Positions 37,101 through 46,100 of a stretch of DNA of 64,000 nt are shown here, in pieces. Source of the stretch: Podarcis liolepis (Eukaryota); the NCBI GenBank assembly GCA_965112155.1, contig OZ218114.1. One strand, 5' to 3'. A program made the translations under genes and the position numbers. How positions within the stretch are numbered: position 1 is the first letter of the stretch; each line of letters starts with the position of its first letter. The notes below the pieces were generated by a model. It was not told where the DNA came from, did not search any database, and was given only the letters and a program-made list of their open reading frames with translations.

Positions 37101-40100
37101 CCTCTGCTGCTCTCTCTGGCTTTCTTTGACTTCTGTTCATTCTTTGTTTAGCAATTTCTTCAGGCTGTTCTCAATGGCATGGAACCTTATTTCCACCATC
37201 TCTATTGGGTTTAGGGCTTAATAAGTGCTGAGGTGCAAAAGACTTGTTGTCCGTCCTCATCATCAAAGGCCAAGCACTGAGGATGCTGGTAGAGGGGGGC
37301 ATCTTCAATCATTCCCCCCCCCCCCCGGTTTCTGGGCATCTCACCTACATACTTAACATGTAGTTTTTCCTCACATTTAACCTTGTCGAGTGAACCATGT
37401 TTGAATTGCTGACAACTTGTAAACCTCCCTGAGCTTTTGGGCTGAGGTGGGCTCCATTTTTAAGCAGAACTGAACTAAGAACTCTAAACCACACCTTGAA
37501 GGATAATGTTCTTTGCAAATTCTGCTCACCGACAATTCTAGCTGGTGACTGACTTACCTTGTGAAGTCAGAAGACCTGGCCTAGGTGAGAAAAGACCTAT
37601 CAGGATATTGAAGCCCAGAACTCCACCTGCAGCTCAGATGGACACCCCCTCCTCTTCCCCAGCCATAGGAGTTTGTTAGGGGGCTGGATCAGAATTTGAA
37701 AGAACCCCAGGGAAAGTTCAGTCTGCTGTTCTTACAGTTAAGAAATATTTCTGGGTAGGCAAGACCAAACATGCTCCCGTGCAACTTGAAGCCAGAAGGA
37801 AAAGGTTATAGAGTGTTTTCCTTGTTTCAATGAAACCACCAGTAGAAGGAATAATTAGAACAAGAAAGGGGTTGACTCCGGGGGTTTGGGCTTTGCTTTA
37901 CTCCTTGCCTGCATAGATCCAGATATTTGCATTCAGTAGATGACCTCAAACTCAGTTCTAATATTCTTCCCCATCTTCTGTCTTTTCCCAGGGAGCCCCA
38001 CCCACATTACACACGAGATCGTGACTGTGGGAGACCCCCTGCTGTCATCTGGACTTCGAAGCATTGGCTCCAGACGACACAGCGCCTCCTCTCCTCTGCC
38101 CCCTCCACAGTTGAGGTCCTGGATGATGCCTTCCAGCAGAGCTGGGGCCACTCACTCCTCCAGGCACAGCCTCTCTTCAACACCCAGCCTGTCTCCCTTG
38201 CCAGAGCATGACTTGAGCACAAAGCCTTCAGAGCGTTCTTCGGGCCCAGCAGCCGGACGCATTGCCACCCAGAGTAGCTCTGCCCCTCCCTGTGGTGGTC
38301 AGAGGCCAGCAGGGACAGGTGGAGGAGGCACAAGCACTTCCTTGGAGGGAGCGCTGTCAATAGAAGCAATGGGGCCTCCGGGGACAGAGAAGAGCAAGCT
38401 GATGAGCCAAAAAGACGCAAGTTCTTCCCTGGGTAATTTGAAGGCCAGTACTCCTGTGCAGAGTGCTTCTGGCACCGAGCCAAACACCAGCAAAGTAGGG
38501 AAGCTTCCAGAGCCCTCTTCTGGGCTGTTTTCTTCCAAAGAGGCAGTAGCCTTTCCATCTTTACATCAGAGACCCCCAAAGAAGGAGCAAGAGCAGCAGG
38601 TGGACCTTGTAAAGCCAGAAAAAAACTGCTCTTACGAGGATCCAGAAACAAAGATCTCCAAGCTTTCTGGGGCAAGTAACAGATCTCCTCCTTCCATAAG
38701 TGACCCAGCACCTTCTGCAGGCAGAGATAGGCGGCCGCAGAAGGGGAAAAGGGGAGCCAAAGAGAGACATTCCAATAAACTCTTTACAAATCCGAGCCTC
38801 CTCACACCTAGCAACAAAGACAGTGCAGAGCCAGAATTTGTTCATCAAGCTGTGACGCCTGAGCATGTGAACCAGAAGCTCTGTAACAATGTTGTGGCTT
38901 CAGAGAAGGCCCCCGATAGACAGCTGCTTAACCAGAAGACCTCCAAGGTTCCTTCCCAGGGCGAAGTGGCCACTTCCAAGGATCTGCAGGCTTCCCAGAA
39001 GCGCACAGTGAAAGTCACGTTGACTCCTCTCAAGATGGAAGGTGATAGCCAGTCCAAGAACATTCAGAGGGAGGGTGATGTAGAATCTCAGCCTAAGGAG
39101 AGCAAACCAGCTTCCCTGGCACAATCCTCTTCCACTCCAGAACGGTCGGGAAACGGCTCCCTGGTTCAAGACAGCCCAAGTTGTGCTTCAGTCCCTGAGG
39201 CTCCAAGCGAGGCCTACCAGAGTCTTCCTGTTCAGGAGAGCAACTTGATGCTCCAGGAGACAGCCAAAGCTCAGGAAGACGGGGCCTACAAGCGGCGGTA
39301 CCCCCGGCGCAGCGCACGGGCCAGATCCAACATGTTCTTTGGGCTGACTCCATTGTATGGTGTGAGGTCTTACGGGGAAGAAGACATTCCCTTCTACAGC
39401 AACTCCACTGGGAAGAAGCGGGGAAAGAGGTCTGCTGAAGGGCAAGTAGATGGTGCCGATGACCTCAGCACGTCGGACGAGGATGACCTTTACTACTACA
39501 ACTTCACCAGGACAGTGGTCTCAAACACGGAAGAGCATCTTGCTTCTCCTCACAACTTATTCCGGGAGGAGGAACAGTGCAGCCTTCCCAAAATCTCTCA
39601 GCTGGATGGTGTGGATGACGGGACAGAAAGTGACACAAGCATCACGGTGACAACCAGGAAAGTCAATCCAGTGACCAAAAGGAGTGGCAAAGAAAATGGA
39701 ACAGAGAGCTTAAAACTTGATCGGAGCGAAGAGAGTGGGGAGAAAGCACAAGTCACCAAGAGCTCAGCTGGCCACAAAGCAGCCGAGCCCAAGATGGAGA
39801 ACTGCCGCGTCAAAACCCAGAGCCAGGATCCTCTGGAAGCTCAGCTGAGTTCTTTAGAGGCCAGCCGCCGCCCTCGTGCCAGCACCCCTTCGGAGAAGAC
39901 CCTGCTGGATACCTTCAGCACAGAGCTGCTCAAGTCCGACTCCGACAATAACAACAGTGACGACTGCGGGAACATTCTCCCATCTGACATCATGGACTTT
40001 GTGCTGAAAAACACCCCCTCCATGCAAGCCCTCGGAGAGAGCCCTGAGTCATCGTCCTCTGAGCTCCTGACGCTGGGAGATGGGCTGGGCCTTGACACCA

Positions 40101-43100
40101 CCAACCGGGGCAAGGATATGGGCCTCTTTGAAGTCTTCTCTCAGCAGCTGCCAACCACAGAGCCTGTTGACAGCAGTGTTTCGTCATCCATCTCGGCAGA
40201 GGAGCAGTTTGAGCTGCCTCTGGAACTGCCTTCCGATCTCTCTGTCTTGACCACTCGGAGCCCGACAGTGCCCAGCCAAAATCACGGCAGACTTGCTGTC
40301 ATTTCAGAATCCTCGCTCTCCTCCTCCTCATCATCATCAGGGGAGAGATCACTCTTAGCTTTGCCTTCTACGGAGTCTGCCGAGAAGAGGGTGACTGTCA
40401 CAGAGAAAGCTGCCTCCAGTGAAGGGGAGCCAGCTCTGTTGAGCCCACGAGTGGACCCAAGCCCTGAAGGACACCTGACCCCTGACCCCTTTATTCAAAG
40501 TCACATGGAAGCAGAGCACATAGCCAGCCCCCCATGTGGACCAGGAGAGCCAGGCCGTTCAGCCAGCCAAGACTTGGCCAGAAATAGCGGGACACCTGGT
40601 CTCCAAGTGCCAGTTTCTCCAACCCTCCCACTTCAGAATCCTAAGTATGGCCCAAACTCCACAGAGAACCCTGGCCCATCTCAGATTTCCAATGCTGCTG
40701 TGCAGACAGCCCCCCTCCACCTCAAGGCAGCTGCAGAAAAGCTCCTGGTGGTTAATCAGAACATGCAGCCATTGTACGTCCTTCAGACTCTTCCCAATGG
40801 TGTCACACAAAAGATACAGCTGACCTCTTCTGTCAGTTCTGCGCAGGGCGTGTTAGAGGCCAGCGCTTCTGTGCTTGGGCCCCTGGGCCCAGGGCTGGCA
40901 CTAGGGGCCGCTGTAAACCCCAGCTTGCCTTCCTCCTCCCAGCCTCTCTTTCCACCAACCAGCAAAGGGTTACTGCCGATGCCCCATCACCAACACTTGC
41001 ACTCCTTTTCTGCAGCCCCCCAAAGCAGCTTCCCATCCTCCCTTGGCAGTCCTGCCTCAGGACTTCTGATTGGTGTCCAGCAACCACCTGACCCCGAAGC
41101 AAATCAGAGAGCCGAGATTGGGTCCACAGCCACCACGCCACCCTCTGGCCTCAGCAAGAAAAGGCAAATTTCGCGCTTGCCATCGCGCAAGAACAAAAAG
41201 CTTGCCCCTTCCGCCATCACCCCGTCTGACATGGTCCCCAACATGACGTTAATTAACTTCACTCCTTCCCAGCTCCCCAGCCATCCAGGCCTGCTAGATT
41301 TGGGAACTGCCAGTAACCCTGCATCCCACAGAACTGTCCCCAATATCATCAAGCGTTCGAAGTCTGGGATAATGTACTTTGAGCAGACCCCTCTGCTGCC
41401 CCAAGGGGTGGGAGCAGCTGCAGCAGCAGTTGGAACACCCCCTAGCGTGGCTGGACCAGACAGCGGTCATCTTGCAACCAGGCCAGTGACAGGCCTAGCC
41501 TCTGCTGGATCCATGCTGAATGTGGTGTCAATGCCGACATCATCTGCACCTTCCACGGGCACATCAGTCCCCAGCGGACATGTGCTGGGGAGGGGGTCCG
41601 TTGCACTACCTAGCTCTGGGCTGCAAGGAGTATCTGACATGGGCTCCATCAGCAACCTCTTAATCAAAGCCACTCAACAGAGCTTGGGTCTTCCGGAGCA
41701 GCACGCCACAGTGCCACCATCTGGCTCCGGGATGTTTTCACCACTAGGCGATGCCTCATCGGCCCAGTCCACAGTCTCAGTGGCGGGGACGGCAGCATCC
41801 AGCATCTGTGTCTTGCCTTCTGCACAGACTATGGGCATGACCACTGACCCCGAAGGATCTTACCAGCCTGGGCCTCTGACACAGATCCTGGCCAGCAAAA
41901 CTGGTGCCGTCCCGCCTCAGGTGGACCTCGCGCCATCCCAAGCTCCTCCGCATTCAGGCTTTCCCCAGTTGGTGGACATCACTAACCCTGCAGCACTGGA
42001 GCAAAACAAGACCTCCTCATCCGTCACGCGTGCCAGCTCAACTTCTCCTGCAAGCTCCGCATCCTCTGACCAGCTGCTTGGAAGCTCCTCCATGAAGGTC
42101 AAAGCCAAAGTGAAACGGTCTCAGTCCTCATCAGACAGCAGCATCAGCAAAGGGTCTGGGAAGAAGCACAAGATGTCTCACTTCTGGTCCAGCTCCCCTG
42201 AGAAGCACATTCCCCAGCAAGGCACCAACTCTGCAGCCCAGGACTTGGCTGGAGGGTAAGAGATGGAGGTCTTTGGTCTCCGCCCTGTTTTCCCAACCCC
42301 TTCTGAACCCATCGTCCTTTTTATTTCTTTAGTACTTCTGCTGTAGGAACTTCTATAACAAAGCCTAGATGGAAAACAAGCTTCATTCAGAAGCCAGCAG
42401 CTCCTGAATATGAGCTGTGATGCTTGAGGGCCTTTTCTTTGAAGGAAAGAGGGAGAAGCTGCTTGAGCTGCTAGCTGTACATGTTACTGATCTGCTTTAT
42501 TTGCATCAGTGGGTGTGATGGGACTGTTCTAAGTGGGAAATAGAAATTAGATTTGACGGCCTCAGTGGCAGCTCAAGATCACCTCTTTGACTCCATATTA
42601 TTATGAGAGATCCCTTTAGAAAACCCAACAGCTACGTTTTTAAAATGGAGTTTCTGTTGTAAATGCTGCTTGATAAATGTTGCTTCTTGGAGAGCCAGAG
42701 AGGTCAGTCTTGCGTTGGCTGCAAGAGGAGCATTATCTGGCTTGTGATAAGTCATTGTAGTATACCTGAATAATCTTGTTTGTTCCAGGGTTCCTACCCT
42801 GAAGATGCACATGGAGGAAGAAGAGGAAGGGGCCGCAAGTGTAGAGCAGCCCCCACCCAAAGTGGCAGACAGGTAAGGCAGTCTCCCAGGTTGTGGTCGC
42901 ATCAAGAGTGCCTGTGCTCTATGTATGCTTGTGGGGCGGGAGGGATGTTGGCAGGCAGCGGTACACATGTGCCTGGCTGCACAAACATTGCTCTGCCCCA
43001 AGAAAGCAACCATACTTCTTAATATGTTTTGGGCAGTTCCAACAATGAAACATTGATAACCAGAGCCTACAGTATGGTCACTCTACTGCTGACCTCAGAG

Positions 43101-46100
43101 GCTTGTAAGTTTTCTCTACTTGCCTAAAGCATGGAGCTTGCTCAGAAAGCTCCAAGTGATGTTCTTTGCATTGAACATTCCAATTTCCCACTTGCCCTGC
43201 TGTTTAGAAGGACGGGCAGCGCTGTGCTGCGGCTTGGTCCATTTTTGGGAGTGCTTGCCACTCAGCCCAATGTATTATAAGTAGCAGGCCTCTCCATCCA
43301 GTGGAGACTCATGGCTCAGAGTGTTTTGTTTAGCTTCTCCCTTTGGCATCTGCTGGGGAATCAAAACTCCTAAAAGGCTTCAGTTGTTGAAACAGGAGCG
43401 GATTCTTGAATTCTTTCCAGCTGTGCTTCTCTCCACAGGCAAACGGCATCTGTTCCAGAATCACAGACAGCACAGAGCACTGCAAGTGAGCAAGAGCCCA
43501 CAGGTATGTTGTCCATCGACCTCAAGTACAAACTAAGCACCAGTTCACAGACGTTCCACTTGGAAAGGCACATATATCTTCAAAATAATTTTTTGTTTTA
43601 TTATGTTTTTATACCTTGCTGGAAGCCGCCCAGTGTGGCTGGGGAAACCCAGCCAGATGGGCAGGGTATCAGTAATAAAATTACTATTATTACTCCCAGT
43701 TGTAAGCTTGCCCTATGATTCTCCTTGTATGACAGCCATGCTTGAGAGAGCCCTCGGCAGCTCTCTTAGTTCATGAGAGCCTTTCCCTACATTCTTAATG
43801 TTCATTATTTGGTGGCTTTGGCTTTGCCAAGGACTCTGGAGGTAAGAAGACCTTGTTTTCCTTCCAGACTCCAGAGCTTCTGAGGATGAAGAGAGTACTT
43901 TCAGCTCCCCACTCATGTTCTGGCTGCAGCAAGAGCGGAAGAGAAAGGAGAGCCTCACTGAGAAGAAGCCCAAGAAAGGACTGATTTTCGAGATCTCAAG
44001 CGATGATGGATTTCAGATCTGTGCTGAAAGTATTGAAGGTGGGAAAGGGGGCAGGTGGGGCAGGTGACATCTGCTGCAGCTGCTTTGGGGTTAGATGCAT
44101 TTTTGCTGTGTTCATCTTACAAAGGTCACCTTTAACTGCTTTGCACCTTTCCAAGTGCTGCAGGGGACAGCCCTGCGTGAAGTTTGCAGGAATGCAGAGC
44201 CACCTGGCAGCAATTGTGAATTTTACGGTTTAAAAAGGAGCGAAAGGGAAGCTTTTCTGAAACACTCCTCCCTCCCACTGAATCATTTCTTGTTTATCTT
44301 CATCTCAGAGGCCTGGCAATCCCTAACTGACAAGGTTCAGGAGGCTCGTTCCAATGCCCGCTTGAAGCAGCTATCCTTCACAGGTAAGAAAGGCTGCAGC
44401 AGGGTTGGGAATTCCAAACCCCTTGCATGGATAGGAAGACAATAAGAAAGTGCCTTGAATGTCACTGCTGTCCTGTAGGCCAAGACCTAGGCAGGGACTT
44501 TGCCACCTGGGCCTGCTTCCTTGCACTTCATAAACACTAGAAAGAGTCTCACAGGATGCCCTGTTTTCTTAGGATACAGTACTTTGGTTGCACAAACAGC
44601 TTAAGGACAAAGAATGAGGTTTGTGATTCTTTTGGAACACCCTCTGCATCATTTAAGCCTGTGCCTAGCCGTGGAGATTTGGGCCCATTTGAGCTGCTCC
44701 ACCAGTTTCTTGAGCTGCTTCTTGCCTAAAGGCTGGGCCATGTTGCCGCCATCACCACCAGTCTTCTTCTTACAAGGAGGACTGAAGGGAGCCACTGGGC
44801 ATAGCCTGGGCTGGACAGCCTCTTCTACCAGCAAGCTGCCTTCCCTGCCTACTCTCTCCTTATTCCAGGTGTGAGCGGATTGAGGATGCTGGGAATTCTG
44901 CACGATGCTGTTGTGTTCCTGATAGAACAGCTGTCTGGAGCGAAGCACTGCCACAACTACAAGTTCCGGTTCCATAAGCCAGAGGAGGCCAAGGAGCCCC
45001 CAGTGAACCCCCATGGCTCTGCCAGAGCTGAAGTGCACCTCAGGTCAGTGGCAGACTCTGCGCTCATAAAACCAAAGCACCTGCTTCAGAGATCCTTCAG
45101 TGGTTTGGGGGTGAGGCTTTCTGTGGAGAGACAGTGAAAATAAATTCTTCAAATATCAGTTTGGGAGGGAGGCACATGAATAGCCTGTCATCATTGAATA
45201 GACGTGGGCCCAGGTGCTCCCTAGTTGGCATATAGGAGGAATCCAGGAAGGAGAGGGTTAACTGTCCAAGACAAGGGTCACATGATGGAAGACCAGAGTA
45301 TCTCTACCCCCAGGGAGGAAAAGGTTGCTAGAATCCCACAGAAGGCTCTACAAAGGGGCTGCTGTGGTTTTAGCTCAGACCAGACACTTTGAAGTTTCTC
45401 CACACAGTATGGGGAGCCAGTGTAGAGCCTAGTGGGCTTCTAGCAGCCAGTCTGGGAATGTCGCATTGTCCTGGAGGAGAGAGGAGCATTGTGTGGCTTG
45501 TAAGCCAGCCCATTAACCCTGAGAGCCAGTCTCACACCTCTTGGATCTGCATTGCAGGAAGTCTGCCTTCGACATGTTCAATTTCCTGGCTTCTAAGCAC
45601 CGCCAGCCGCCAGAGTACAACCCCAACGATGAGGAGGAAGAGGAGGTGCAGCTGAAGTCTGCCCGGTACATAGCGGGTGCGGAGGCGAGTTGGTGGGGAG
45701 GGCTAGAAGGCTGCTCCTTTTTGATCTCGTCGGCAGTGGTGGGAAACTAAAGAACGGGGAAGGGGTGCAGATTTTGCCTCCTGCAGCTGCCCCATAAGCC
45801 AGCCTCTCAGCAGTTGGCACTGCAAAGTGGCTTGTGGAGCAAGGTGGGGCTTGGCAGCTCAAAGGCCCCATTGGTTGAACTCTTTCAAACAGCCTCTTTC
45901 CTCCTCTCTTCAGGAGGGCAACCAGCATGGACCTTCCCATGCCCATGAGGTTCCGACACTTGAAGAAAACCTCCAAGGAGGCAGTTGGTGTCTACAGGTA
46001 GGTGGGTGGGAGATGGTAGGCACTGGCGGAGGTAGAGTGGGGCAGGGGGAGCACATCGCCCCCGGCAGCCCGATCCCGGTGGGGTTCCATCACAGCTGCC

